Source of the DNA: Candidatus Saccharimonadia bacterium
GTDB taxonomy: Bacteria; Patescibacteriota; Saccharimonadia; UBA4664
Direction: 5' to 3'
Assembly: GCA_036488585.1 (NCBI GenBank)
Contig: DASXHH010000014.1
Span: 2,410-66,409, forward strand
Length of the DNA stretch: 64,000 bases
Positions 1 to 8,828 of the stretch are shown in pieces. The position numbers and the translations under genes are program-made. Position 1 is the first letter of the stretch. Each line of letters opens with the position of its first letter. The notes beneath the pieces are model-generated. The model was not told the DNA's origin. It made no database searches and saw nothing but the letters and a program-made list of their open reading frames with translations.

Positions 1-231
1 GAGCTGGCCTTCGAGGGTACGGTCGCCCTTGGCCTGCTCCTTGATTTTCTTTAGTTCGGGCTGCAAGTCCTGAAGCGCGCGCTGTGAATGCAGCTGGCGA
101 GAGACGAGCGGCCATAGGATGAGCCGAACTAGAACCGTGAGTAAGACGATAGCCAGCCCGAAATCGTGCACGTAGGCATAGATGAGGGCCAGCAGGTTAA
201 AGATCGGTTGGACCAGGATGGTGTTGAACAT
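1..231 (-). CDS. yidC: membrane protein insertase YidC, N-terminal part (gene runs off the window start)
   Basis: Minus-strand translation from ATG (complement of 229-231) reads MFNTILVQPIFNLLALIYAYVHDFGLAIVLLTVLVRLILWPLVSRQ..., a typical YidC N-terminus. The start overlaps the rnpA stop (TAATG). Conserved rpmH-rnpA-yidC order. Confidence 0.8.
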   Translation of the reverse strand, partial: MFNTILVQPIFNLLALIYAYVHDFGLAIVLLTVLVRLILWPLVSRQLHSQRALQDLQPELKKIKEQAKGDRTLEGQL

Positions 232-572
232 TATTTAACTCCGGCCCGAGTAAGGGCACGTGATAGGTGGTCTGATAGCTCCCCTGCGGGCATTTCGCTC
301 ACGTCACGATGGACACTTATCACTATATCGTAACCAGTCTTCAGTGTCGCCCATGAGCGCTCCAGATCGCCAATAAAACGGCGACGGAGGCGGTTGCGTA
401 CGACCGCGCGCTTCGAGACCTTCTTGCCGACTACCACGACTGCGCGGCTACGAGAGCGGCCGGAGTGGGCTGCCTTCACAGATAAGACTCCGCCTGAGGC
501 ACCGTAGCTACCCAGCTTGTACACATGGGTAATATCGGCGGCTTTGCGGAGTCTATTCTCGCGGGCGAGCAT
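231..572 (-). CDS. rnpA: ribonuclease P protein component
   Basis: 113-aa basic protein with an Arg/Lys-rich core (VVVVGKKVSKRAVVRNRLRRR) typical of RnpA. Directly downstream of rpmH. Confidence 0.85.
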   Translation of the reverse strand: MLARENRLRKAADITHVYKLGSYGASGGVLSVKAAHSGRSRSRAVVVVGKKVSKRAVVRNRLRRRFIGDLERSWATLKTGYDIVISVHRDVSEMPAGELSDHLSRALTRAGVK

Positions 573-590
573 GTTGCCCCTTAAGGTTAA

Positions 591-728
591 CTAAATCGCG
601 ACGCGCTGGCGGCCTTTGACGCGGCGGCGCTTGAGGACGAGCCTTCCGGCCCGAGTGGCCATGCGCGAGATGAAGCCATGAACGCGCTGCCGGCGGCGCT
701 TCTTCGGTTGGTACGTTCGCTTTGACAT
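591..728 (-). CDS. rpmH: 50S ribosomal protein L34
   Basis: Hand translation of the minus strand gives [45 protein letters not shown] (45 aa), the canonical L34 sequence. It is not in the ORF track because it is under 60 aa. A TTGACG-17-TAAAGT promoter sits immediately upstream (near-leaderless). Confidence 0.9.
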   Translation of the reverse strand: MSKRTYQPKKRRRQRVHGFISRMATRAGRLVLKRRRVKGRQRVAI

Positions 729-867
729 AACGTATGACACTTTACGCTATCTGGTGGAATTCGTCAACAAGAGGCGGGTATTAATAACTTGAAGTATTTG
801 CATAAATATGCCACAATAGTCCGCGTCCTTGAAACCTAGTCAGCTGCAAGCTGAGTAAGGGGTGGGT

Positions 868-1014
868 GTGTTTAACACGGAGTCGAGCGCCAGCTTCATC
901 CTCGGAATCGTGATCATCGCGCTCGTCGCGATTGTCATGTTGTGTATCCTCATAGGGACCCGGCGCCGCAACCGCGGTGGCCGCAACCGTCCGCGCCCGA
1001 GCCGGCGCCCTTAG
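868..1014 (+). CDS. possible small membrane peptide (48 aa: hydrophobic helix plus Arg-rich tail)
   Basis: GTG start 7 nt after AAGGGGTGG. Reads VFNTESSASFILGIVIIALVAIVMLCILIGTRRRNRGGRNRPRPSRRP. Lies in the rpmH-dnaA intergenic region. No homology recognised. Confidence 0.25.
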   Translation: MFNTESSASFILGIVIIALVAIVMLCILIGTRRRNRGGRNRPRPSRRP

Positions 1015-1184
1015 GTGCCGATCGGCGGCGGACAGACCCGTAGCCAACTAGACCCGGCTCCCGTTAACCGCGGGGGCTACTAGCTCCGTCCTTGTCCGTC
1101 CCAGATTGGGGTGGGCGAGGCGGGGCCTTTTAATTTGGCTTTTCCCAATTTTTCCCCCAGCCTTTTCCCCATACACACCGGGGG

Positions 1185-1272
1185 TTATCCACCAACATGC
1201 TATCTGTTGGTGTTCGGTTTCTGTGTATAAGTCAGGCAATGAGAACTGGCTGAATGTCAGCATTGTGGAAAA
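1185..1272. promoter_or_regulatory. DnaA-box-like 9-mers upstream of dnaA (TTATCCACC at 1185-1193; TGTGGAAAA, i.e. TTTTCCACA, at 1264-1272)
   Basis: Each 9-mer is one mismatch from TTATCCACA. The position immediately 5' of dnaA fits dnaA autoregulation or the left part of oriC. Confidence 0.5.
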
Positions 1273-1316
1273 GGCTAATGCTCGTTTATGATAGAACCCT
1301 GTTAGGAGTGGTGCGG

Positions 1317-2708
1317 ATGCAAGATGTGAAGGGGTTGTGGCAGAGTGTCCTCGGCGAGCTGGAAGTCAGCGTTACCCGGGCGCATTTTTCCACTTGGCTG
1401 AAGCCTACCTACGTAATTTCCAACGAGGAAGGCCACGTGGTGGTAGGGGTGCCCAACATCTTTAACAAGCAGTGGCTCGAGAATAAGTACCACAACGAAA
1501 TTAAGGCGGCGCTAGCCAAGCTGGACAGCCGCATCCAAACGGTGGAGTACAAGGTAGTAGCGAAGGCGCCGGTGGGTAGTGGACCGGCTACCACGATTCA
1601 TCGCGCTGCCAAGACCAGTCCGGAGACGACCGTAAAGCGGGCCGAGCAAACTGCCCTGCCCACAGCACCAGTGTCACATGCCAATCTGAACCCTCGCTAT
1701 ACGTTTGAGAGTTTCGTAGTGGGATCGAGCAACGATTTTGCACACGCGGCCTGCCAGGCAGTAGCTAAGCACCCGGGCACTAAATACAATCCGTTGTTCA
1801 TTTATGGCGGCGTGGGACTGGGCAAGACGCACCTTATGCAGGCGGTCGGTAACGAGATTTTGAGACGAGACCCCTCGAAGCGCATTGAGTATGTGACGAG
1901 CGAGAGTTTCACGAACGAGTTTATTAACTCGATTTCAAAGAAGAGGAGCGAGAGTTTCGTGGAGAAGTTCCGCGGAGTGGACGTGCTGATAATTGACGAC
2001 ATGCAATTTTTGGCGGGTAAAGAGAAGACTCAAGACGAGTTCTTCCATACGTTTAACGCCCTGCACCAGGCCAACAAGCAGATTATTATCTCGAGCGATA
2101 AACCGCCGAAACTACTGACGATGCTGGAAGACAGGCTTATCTCACGGTTTGAGATGGGCATTACGGTAGACATCCAGCCGCCGGATTTGGAGACAAGATC
2201 GGCCATTATTCAGGCCAAGGCGGCGGCGCAAGGCATGATGCTGCCGCTGGAGGTGGTGGATTTTATTGCCCGGCACGCCCAGAGCAACATCCGGGAGCTC
2301 GAGGGCACGCTCACCAAGGTGATGGCCGATCAGGAGCATCGGGGCGGCGAACTGGATCTGGTGCGCGTGCAGCAACTGCTGGCGACGGACGCGGCGGCGC
2401 GGCCAAAGCTGAAGCCGATGACAACCAAGATGATTATTGAACGGGTGGCGGCCTACTTTGATCTGCAGCCGAACGACGTGACGGGCGCCAAGCGCGACAA
2501 AGAGATTGTGGTACCACGGCAAATTTGCATGTACCTCATGCGCCATGAGCTGGGGCTGAGCTTTCCGAAAATCGCCTCTGCTGTGGGCGGTCGTGACCAC
2601 ACCACGGCTATGCATTCGGTGACAAAGATCGAGAAGCAGATTGAGGGCGACGAAGGCCTGCGGGGTGACGTGCAGGCGCTGCGTGAGCGGCTGAACTCGG
2701 TGACCTGA
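1317..2708 (+). CDS. dnaA: chromosomal replication initiator DnaA
   Basis: Shows the AAA+ Walker A GVGLGKTHL, Walker B LIIDDMQFL, sensor and box VII regions, and a C-terminal DNA-binding domain (VPRQICMYLMRHELGLSFPKIASAVGGRDHTTAMHSV). Chosen start is ATG 1317, which follows AGGAG (1304-1308). The ORF track begins earlier at 1254. Confidence 0.95.
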   Translation: MQDVKGLWQSVLGELEVSVTRAHFSTWLKPTYVISNEEGHVVVGVPNIFNKQWLENKYHNEIKAALAKLDSRIQTVEYKVVAKAPVGSGPATTIHRAAKTSPETTVKRAEQTALPTAPVSHANLNPRYTFESFVVGSSNDFAHAACQAVAKHPGTKYNPLFIYGGVGLGKTHLMQAVGNEILRRDPSKRIEYVTSESFTNEFINSISKKRSESFVEKFRGVDVLIIDDMQFLAGKEKTQDEFFHTFNALHQANKQIIISSDKPPKLLTMLEDRLISRFEMGITVDIQPPDLETRSAIIQAKAAAQGMMLPLEVVDFIARHAQSNIRELEGTLTKVMADQEHRGGELDLVRVQQLLATDAAARPKLKPMTTKMIIERVAAYFDLQPNDVTGAKRDKEIVVPRQICMYLMRHELGLSFPKIASAVGGRDHTTAMHSVTKIEKQIEGDEGLRGDVQALRERLNSVT

Positions 2709-2796
2709 TAATTTACTGATAAAAACGTTAAAGGCGGTGATGCTCGGGCGCTCAGAGTGAGCGCAGTGAACATCACCGCCTGAGTTGGTGAGGCTG

Positions 2797-3399
2797 TCAG
2801 CCGGCGAAGGCTTTGATGGCAGCCGCTATGAGCCGGGCTTGGTCCTCGGACAATTCCCCGATCTTCAGTAGGCGACCGGTCATAAGCATTTCGCCGAAGT
2901 CTCGCAGGATTCCCCTCTTGCTTAGCCTGACTCCGATGGGCAGGCCGGAGGCGCCGTCGTGAATGAGCTCGGTAACGCGCGCCTTGACTTGCCCCGGGGT
3001 AAGGCCAAGCTTGTCCAGGACGGTTATCAACATAGAGTTCTGTGCCAGTACGGCGAGAAGCAGGTGCTCGCTTCCCACAATGCTGGCGCCAGCTATGCGC
3101 GCTTCATTAACTGCACCCTCGATGGCTATCCTGGCCGGCGGTGTATATGGAAACACCCCCGACGGAGAACCCGCGCTGTTTGACCATAGGAGTAGTCTGT
3201 CCTTGGTGTACTCCCTAGCCACCTCTAGGGTGACGCCGAGGGACTGCAGAGCCTGACTGGCCAGGCTGTCTTCAACCGCCAGGCATCCGAGAAACAGGGA
3301 CTCACATCCCAAATAGGACGCGCCGAGTATCCTGGCTTCTCGGTCGGCGGCGACGATCACTGCACGGGCAGTTTGATCGTAGAACTCGAACCCGGTCAT
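2797..3399 (-). CDS. Clp N-terminal-domain-only protein (two Clp_N repeats, no ATPase module)
   Basis: Two about 70-aa repeats carry the Clp_N signature (ARAVIVAADREARILGASYLGCESLFLGCLA... and ARIAIEGAVNEARIAGASIVGSEHLLLAVLA...). No Walker motifs. Confidence 0.7.
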   Translation of the reverse strand: MTGFEFYDQTARAVIVAADREARILGASYLGCESLFLGCLAVEDSLASQALQSLGVTLEVAREYTKDRLLLWSNSAGSPSGVFPYTPPARIAIEGAVNEARIAGASIVGSEHLLLAVLAQNSMLITVLDKLGLTPGQVKARVTELIHDGASGLPIGVRLSKRGILRDFGEMLMTGRLLKIGELSEDQARLIAAAIKAFAG

Positions 3400-3403
3400 G
3401 TGC

Positions 3404-3844
3404 TCACACTTCCGAGAGCATGTGCTCGAATATGGCTATCCTGACATCGGTGGCGTCGACAGCGAGCCGGTCGATCGGGTGGAGGACCGGATCCCGAAAC
3501 AGTGCCAGAAGCAGGTGCTCCGGCGTGACTTTCGAATGGCCGAGTTCGTCGGCTTCCTGCCGAGCCAACTTGATGACGCGTCTGAGATTCTCAGCGAGCG
3601 GGACGCACCCGGATGGGGCTAGGTATCCCTCACCTGCGATTCTCAGCACTATCTGCTCGGTCACGCCCAGCGCGTCCAAGATCTGACTGGCCGCGGTGCT
3701 GCCATCACGCCAGATAGCCAGGAGCAGGTGGCCGGAGTCGATCCGACCATAGTGAAGTTCGTCCCGGGCGATGTTCTGCGCTGCCACCACGGCTCGATGA
3801 CTGGCGGTGGCAAAATGGTCGAACATGGGCTTGTGATGGGCCAT
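3404..3844 (-). CDS. Clp N-terminal-domain-only protein, paralog 2
   Basis: HRAVVAAQNIARDELHYGRIDSGHLLLAIW... and ...RRVIKLARQEADELGHSKVTPEHLLLALF are two Clp_N repeats. The start is placed at the internal ATG 3844 behind a purine-rich RBS. The ORF track extends to 3931. Confidence 0.6.
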   Translation of the reverse strand: MAHHKPMFDHFATASHRAVVAAQNIARDELHYGRIDSGHLLLAIWRDGSTAASQILDALGVTEQIVLRIAGEGYLAPSGCVPLAENLRRVIKLARQEADELGHSKVTPEHLLLALFRDPVLHPIDRLAVDATDVRIAIFEHMLSEV

Positions 3845-3923
3845 GTACTTTCTCTTTCCACGACGAGAATGGGTTTCCACTAAGCGGAGATTGAACTTCG
3901 ATAGTTTAACCATAAATCGACGT

Positions 3924-4210
3924 TTATCCAAGCTTGAGTGTTTTGTTCACAGGATGGGGACAAAGGTTGGGGAAACGATGTTGGAATGGTGTGGGCGAAG
4001 GCTATTGGCTTGAGCACTTTCCCCCACCCGGCTCAGGGCATCCACAGTAGCGTCCCCGGGCTGGCCACAAGCGCGTTCACAAGTTATCCCGAATTAGCGT
4101 AAGTACTTTTATGCAGGCGCCAAGCCATAATCAGACTTTTACCCAGAATCCACATGGCTTATGATGATTACGATTATTTTTATTTATTATCTGTATAATG
4201 AGAAAAAGCA
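3924..4210. promoter_or_regulatory. candidate oriC core: cluster of DnaA-box-like 9-mers plus an AT-rich unwinding element, directly upstream of dnaN
   Basis: The 9-mers are TTATCCAAG (3924-3932), TTGTTCACA (3943-3951), GCATCCACA (4038-4046), GTTATCCCG (4083-4091) and GAATCCACA (4146-4154). The AT-rich run ttacgattatttttatttattatctgtataat (4168-4199) ends in an extended -10 (TGTATAAT) for dnaN. Confidence 0.5.
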
Positions 4211-4226
4211 GGTAAGGGGAGGAAAA

Positions 4227-5336
4227 GTGAGGCTCAGTCTAACGCAAGAGAATCTGTCGCGAGCCCTTGCTAGTGTTGGACGAGTGGTATCGACACGCAC
4301 CAGCCTTCCCGTGCTGTCGAACGTGCTACTGGCAACCGATGGAAATCGGCTGCGGTTGTCGGCGACCAACCTAGAAGTTGGAATTAACTATTGGATTGGA
4401 TCGAAGGTTGAGGAGCAGGGATCGCTAACAGTCCCCGCTCGTCTCTTCGCTGAATTTGTATCGAGCCTGCCACACGGCAACATCGAGCTGTCGGCGGCTG
4501 ATAGTGTACTGGCGGTGAAGAGTCCTAATTACGAGTCGAAGATTAACGGCATTTCGGCTGAAGAGTTTCCACTTATCCCCACGATAAACACAGACCCCGT
4601 GCTCAAACTGGAGGCTGGGGTGCTGAGGGATGCGTTGCAGCAGGTAATCGTGGCCGCAAGCGCGGATGAGGCGCGGCCGGTGCTGGCGGGCATTTATATA
4701 TACACCGAGGAGAAGAGCCTGTTTTTGGTGGCGACCGATTCGTATCGGTTGGCTGAAAAACGGTTGGAGTTGCCAGATGCGCCGGCCAAGCCGCTGTCGG
4801 TAATTATTCCGGCCCGAACGATGCAGGAGTTGGTCCGATTGCTAGGTGAGGGTGGGAGCGACGTAGAGCTATATCTGGACGAGAATCAGGTAATGTTTAG
4901 AATTGACGACATCGAACTGGTGAGCCGTCTAATTGAGGGGCAATTCCCGAATTATCGGCAGATTATGCCGGATCATGCGGAGACGTCGTTTGATATTGAG
5001 ACCGGTGAATTTACTCGAATTACGAAAGTGGCCAGCTTGTTTGCGCGCGAGAGTGCGGGGAGTATTCGGATTGAGATTAAGGCCGAGGGCGAAGTAAGCA
5101 TTTTTTCGAGCGACTCAGAGGTGGGCGGCAACAAGAGCACGGCCGAGTGTGAGGTGGCCGGTGAGGATGGTGAGATTTCACTGAACGCACGGTATTTGGT
5201 GGATGCGCTGAGCGTGATGCGTACGCCAATGGTAACGTTTGCGATGAGTGGCAAACTGAGTGCGTGCGTGTTGTCGCCGGCTGGCGAGGACGCCTCCGAC
5301 GATTACACGCATATCATCATGCCGCTACGAACGTAG
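4227..5336 (+). CDS. dnaN: DNA polymerase III beta sliding clamp
   Basis: Three-domain beta-clamp pattern (LSLTQENLSRALASVGRVVSTRTSLPVLSNVLL..., GINYWIG, C-terminal MPLR). GTG start 4227 lies behind AGGGGAGG. Confidence 0.9.
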   Translation: MRLSLTQENLSRALASVGRVVSTRTSLPVLSNVLLATDGNRLRLSATNLEVGINYWIGSKVEEQGSLTVPARLFAEFVSSLPHGNIELSAADSVLAVKSPNYESKINGISAEEFPLIPTINTDPVLKLEAGVLRDALQQVIVAASADEARPVLAGIYIYTEEKSLFLVATDSYRLAEKRLELPDAPAKPLSVIIPARTMQELVRLLGEGGSDVELYLDENQVMFRIDDIELVSRLIEGQFPNYRQIMPDHAETSFDIETGEFTRITKVASLFARESAGSIRIEIKAEGEVSIFSSDSEVGGNKSTAECEVAGEDGEISLNARYLVDALSVMRTPMVTFAMSGKLSACVLSPAGEDASDDYTHIIMPLRT

Positions 5337-5469
5337 ATAAGAGCGCATCACTGCGCTAGTGTTACTCGGTCGACGTGCCTCTAGGCGCGTCTTTTTTGGG
5401 ACTCGGTTATTCGACGGAACAAGTGTCAATTTTGTCCGAAAAAGTTGTCAATCGTTATAAACTAGTGTA

Positions 5470-5498
5470 TTGACATACCGCTTATGTAATGGTAAAAT
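5470..5498 (+). promoter_or_regulatory. consensus sigma-70-type promoter (TTGACA-17 nt-TAAAAT) for the lipoprotein gene
   Basis: TTGACA at 5470-5475, a 17-nt spacer, TAAAAT at 5493-5498. Repeated TGTCAAT motifs lie just upstream (5424-5450). Confidence 0.5.
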
Positions 5499-5582
5499 TT
5501 GTGCAATTGGGGCGGTGTTCCTCAGCCGCTCTTGCTCCTAATTTACGCGTGTCCCCTAGCCCACCCCGAGGAGGTAGACATC

Positions 5583-6566
5583 ATGACACGCAATTCTACC
5601 AACGCTCGCCTTTTTGGGGCGGGCATTTTGCTGGCGTTTGCTAGCATGATCGCTGCGGGTTGTGGCTCGGCGAGCACCAACGTGGCGTCGGTCGACTCTC
5701 AGAGCTCGGCTAGCGCGTCCGCTGCAGTCGCTGCCACGCCGGCCAAGCCGGCTGCCAGCTCCAGGCCGGCCGTTGCTCAGCCCGAGACATCGCCGTACGG
5801 CCTTGGACCTAGTCCGAGTCTGCCGAAGAGCTGCCTAATATCGGTGGCCGAGGCCGAGATGCTCGTAAGCGCCACCGGGCTAACCGCTGGTCCCAATAGC
5901 ACGCATAACGCGTGCGTGATCACGGGGTCCGGGTCGAACAGTCCCACGGTGACTACATCCGTGATAACTGCTTTCGGGGCCGCAGGTTACCCGATCGTTC
6001 AGATCCCACAAGGTTCACCATTCAAGGTGGCATACGCATGGAAGAGCAATGGTTTCTTCCAGGCGGTCGCCGAGTTGCAGGACCAGAGCCGGTGGGTCGA
6101 CATCTCGCTGGGTAACCCGGTGATGAGCGACCAGCAACAGCTGGCGGCGGTGCGGGCTGGCCTTCAGAACATCATGTACTGGTGGTCGCGGTCGGCTACT
6201 CACTCCCCTGCCCCGGGCGGCGCGCAGGTGCCGGATCTGGCGGCTTGCAAAGTCCTCCCTTCTAGCATTTTCTCCGTTCTGCTCGGCGGGGCTGCCGTCA
6301 CTAGCTTCGATGGTTCCATCGACACCCTGTGCACGCTCAACTCGGCGAACCCCGGAGTGAAGGCGGAGATCGCCTACAGGCCGGTTTCTGATCAAGTCGA
6401 GCAGAACGTGAAGAGCCAGGAAGCTCAGGTGGCGGTCAACGTCTGGGAGCTCTCGGCCTCCACCTACATCACGTTCGTGCACGGGAAGGAAGTCGGGGTC
6501 GACTCCCCCGGCATCGACTTCGACACCCACACCGTGATCGCGGCTCTCGAGGCACTCAGCCAGTAA
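5583..6566 (+). CDS. secreted lipoprotein, function unknown
   Basis: ATG 5583 follows GAGGAGG. Signal peptide plus lipobox (ILLAFASMIAAGCGS), then a Ser/Ala/Pro-rich linker and a Cys-containing domain. It sits between dnaN and recF. Confidence 0.65.
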   Translation: MTRNSTNARLFGAGILLAFASMIAAGCGSASTNVASVDSQSSASASAAVAATPAKPAASSRPAVAQPETSPYGLGPSPSLPKSCLISVAEAEMLVSATGLTAGPNSTHNACVITGSGSNSPTVTTSVITAFGAAGYPIVQIPQGSPFKVAYAWKSNGFFQAVAELQDQSRWVDISLGNPVMSDQQQLAAVRAGLQNIMYWWSRSATHSPAPGGAQVPDLAACKVLPSSIFSVLLGGAAVTSFDGSIDTLCTLNSANPGVKAEIAYRPVSDQVEQNVKSQEAQVAVNVWELSASTYITFVHGKEVGVDSPGIDFDTHTVIAALEALSQ

Positions 6567-6689
6567 GCCGCTCTCATCTGTCCCCTGCCATCCCCAGGGG
6601 GCAACGCCCGCTTCGGCGGGCAGCCGTTCCGGCGTCGCGTCTAGCCTTCGGGTTAGCCGGCGCCGGGGCGGTGCAATCGAAAGTTTGTT

Positions 6690-6720
6690 TTAAACCAACC
6701 CTAAGCGGTTGGATTTTTTG
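6690..6720 (+). terminator. intrinsic terminator (CCAACC-loop-GGTTGG then TTTTTT)
   Basis: Perfect 6-bp GC-containing stem followed by a T6 run. Lies downstream of the lipoprotein gene. Confidence 0.6.
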
Positions 6721-6747
6721 TGACGGCGTTTCAGATACAATAGTGAC

Positions 6748-7818
6748 ATGAAGGTTGAGGGGATAACATTGGCGAATTTCCGCTCGTATGAACGGGCGGA
6801 GTTTGAGTTGCACCCGGATGTGACACTGGTGGTAGGCCCGAATGCGAGCGGCAAGACCAATTTGCTCGAGAGTTTGTACGTACTAGCCTCCACTAAAAGT
6901 TTTCGAGCGAAGGACCGAGACCTAGTGCGGCATGGGCAGGACCATTTTCGGGTAGTGGCGCGGGCCGATGAGGTGGAGTACGCGCTGGGTTTGAGCACAG
7001 CTAGCGGCGGGGTGGAGAAGAAGGTGACGCATGATGGCGTGAAGCAGACTTTGAGCGGGCATGTGGGATTAATCCAGGTGACGTTGTTTGAGCCGACAGA
7101 CTTGGAGCTGGTAAGCGGGCCTCCGGAGGGCCGGCGCAAATACCTGGATTTTATTTTGTGCCAGACCGACCGGGCGTATCTGAAAATATTGCAGCAATAT
7201 AAGCGAGTGCTGCGGCAGCGTAATGCTCTATTGGATGGGTTTGCGATGGAGCAGATTAAGGCCCAGATTTTTGCCTGGGACGTGAAACTGGCGGAGCTGG
7301 CGGTGGAGATTTATGAGCGGCGGATGCGGCTGCTGGCCGAATTGAACCTGGCGGTGCCTAGAGCGTACGGCGAGATTGCCGGGCACGAGGTGGAGGTAGA
7401 GCTTAAGTACGAGCCGAGTGTGAATGGGAATTATGAAGAGGAGTTTTTGGACGAGCTGACCAGGAATTTTACGCGGGATCTGGCGGCTGGGTTTACCACC
7501 ATTGGGCCGCATAGGGAGGATTTTAAGATGCGGTTTAAGAATAGCGATATCATGGCGGTGGCTTCGCGTGGGGAGGTGCGGACGCTGGTGTTGGCGATGA
7601 AGCTGGCGGAGCTGAATTATGCTGAGCGGGTAAGCGGGGTGCGGCCGGTGTTATTGCTTGATGATGTGTTTAGTGAACTGGATCGGGACCGCCGGAGTTT
7701 CTTGCTGGGACGGTTGAGGGATCATCAGACGATAATTACAACTACGGATGCCGATGCGATTGCGCGTGAGTTTCAGACGCCGCACGCGATAATCTCGACG
7801 GAAGGGGCGCTGACGTGA
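6748..7818 (+). CDS. recF: DNA replication and repair protein RecF
   Basis: N-terminal Walker A (VGPNASGKTNLLESL), SMC-like signature and a C-terminal Walker B (LLLDDVFSELD). TACAAT (6736-6741) lies 6 nt before the ATG, so the transcript is probably leaderless. Confidence 0.9.
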   Translation: MKVEGITLANFRSYERAEFELHPDVTLVVGPNASGKTNLLESLYVLASTKSFRAKDRDLVRHGQDHFRVVARADEVEYALGLSTASGGVEKKVTHDGVKQTLSGHVGLIQVTLFEPTDLELVSGPPEGRRKYLDFILCQTDRAYLKILQQYKRVLRQRNALLDGFAMEQIKAQIFAWDVKLAELAVEIYERRMRLLAELNLAVPRAYGEIAGHEVEVELKYEPSVNGNYEEEFLDELTRNFTRDLAAGFTTIGPHREDFKMRFKNSDIMAVASRGEVRTLVLAMKLAELNYAERVSGVRPVLLLDDVFSELDRDRRSFLLGRLRDHQTIITTTDADAIAREFQTPHAIISTEGALT

Positions 7819-8075
7819 TTGAGAGCGATTATTTTGCGCGCAAACGGGCTGAGCTGGGTTTGGACCGGGTTGACGACCTGGCACGCGTCCAGGCGGCTCT
7901 GGACGCGTGGTACCCGGGTCTGGCGCGGGCCAGACAGCTGCACCGCGGCACTTTACGGGTGGTGACGCCAAGTTCTAGTGTGGCGTCGGAGCTGCGGATG
8001 CGGCAGCTGGAGTTGGCTCAAATAGTGGGTTTGGAGGATGTGCGGATTGCTGTTTCGATTGGAAGTATCAGCTAG
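7815..8075 (+). CDS. DUF721-family protein (DciA-like), the conserved partner following recF
   Basis: 86-aa protein that overlaps the recF stop. Its position and size match the DUF721 gene of dnaA-dnaN-recF operons. Confidence 0.6.
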   Translation: MIESDYFARKRAELGLDRVDDLARVQAALDAWYPGLARARQLHRGTLRVVTPSSSVASELRMRQLELAQIVGLEDVRIAVSIGSIS

Positions 8076-8824
8076 ATACTGCCCGGAGTGCCAGCGGTAA
8101 ACAGCTGCTGACCCGATGGACTCGAAATTTTAATCTGAATATGCTCGGTGTCGTAATAGTTACCGACCACCGTATAGTTGGTGCCGTCGATATCGGCCGT
8201 GAAACTAACTGCCCACGGACTCCAGGCATCACTCGGGTTTAACCTGAAATGCCTGAGGCTACCGTCGTTGATGTCCACCGCTTTGGCCCAGGGGTCGAAC
8301 TGCGAGATGTAGGTCATGACGTTAATGACCTGGTCGTTTGATAGTCCGACATTGGTGAGGGCATCTTGGCCGGTGGTAGTAGGCGGAGCAAAGCTGGGTG
8401 TGAAGCTTATTTGCTGGTTTGTGAGTTGGTCTCCAGTGGTGGAGCTAATGCTTTTTACGGAAATGACATAGGCTTTCAGGCTGATAAGAGTGCGGGGCTT
8501 GAGCGTGAGCGTGAGAGTGTCGCCGCTAATACTGGTGGCGGATACAACCTCGGGGTTGGAAGCCACTGAGGCGCTGCCGGTGGCGAGGGAGCGGTTGAAT
8601 TTAATGGCGATGGCCGTCGTTTGAGTGGTGACGCTGGTTTGGCTCGGGGTGATGGTGGAGACGCTAAATTTGGCAGTAGCCGGAGTGGGTTGGGGCGGTT
8701 TTAGAAAGAACACCACGGCAAGGATGACAATGATAATTACGGCGAGGCCGGCCAGTAAACCAAGCCTACTGGGTTGGTTACTGTTTTGCGGGACGGGCGG
8801 GTAGCCGGGGTTTTGAGGGTCCAT
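8072..8824 (-). CDS. single-pass membrane protein with a Pro-rich N-terminus and an extracellular Ig-like/beta-rich domain (last gene of the T4SS-like operon)
   Basis: One TM helix (LLAGLAVIIIVILAVVFFL), then a Ser/Thr-rich beta region. No homology recognised. Confidence 0.5.
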   Translation of the reverse strand: MDPQNPGYPPVPQNSNQPSRLGLLAGLAVIIIVILAVVFFLKPPQPTPATAKFSVSTITPSQTSVTTQTTAIAIKFNRSLATGSASVASNPEVVSATSISGDTLTLTLKPRTLISLKAYVISVKSISSTTGDQLTNQQISFTPSFAPPTTTGQDALTNVGLSNDQVINVMTYISQFDPWAKAVDINDGSLRHFRLNPSDAWSPWAVSFTADIDGTNYTVVGNYYDTEHIQIKISSPSGQQLFTAGTPGSI

Positions 8825-8828
8825 GATG

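Noticed and set aside
781-1263. Minus-strand ORFs 781-1047 and 1048-1263 in the rpmH-dnaA intergenic region
   Set aside because: Low-complexity Arg/Ala/Pro-rich translations across a region containing DnaA boxes and promoters. No RBS. Likely non-coding origin-flank DNA.
2142-2615. 157-aa minus-strand ORF inside dnaA
   Set aside because: Nested antisense to dnaA. Arg/His-rich junk composition.
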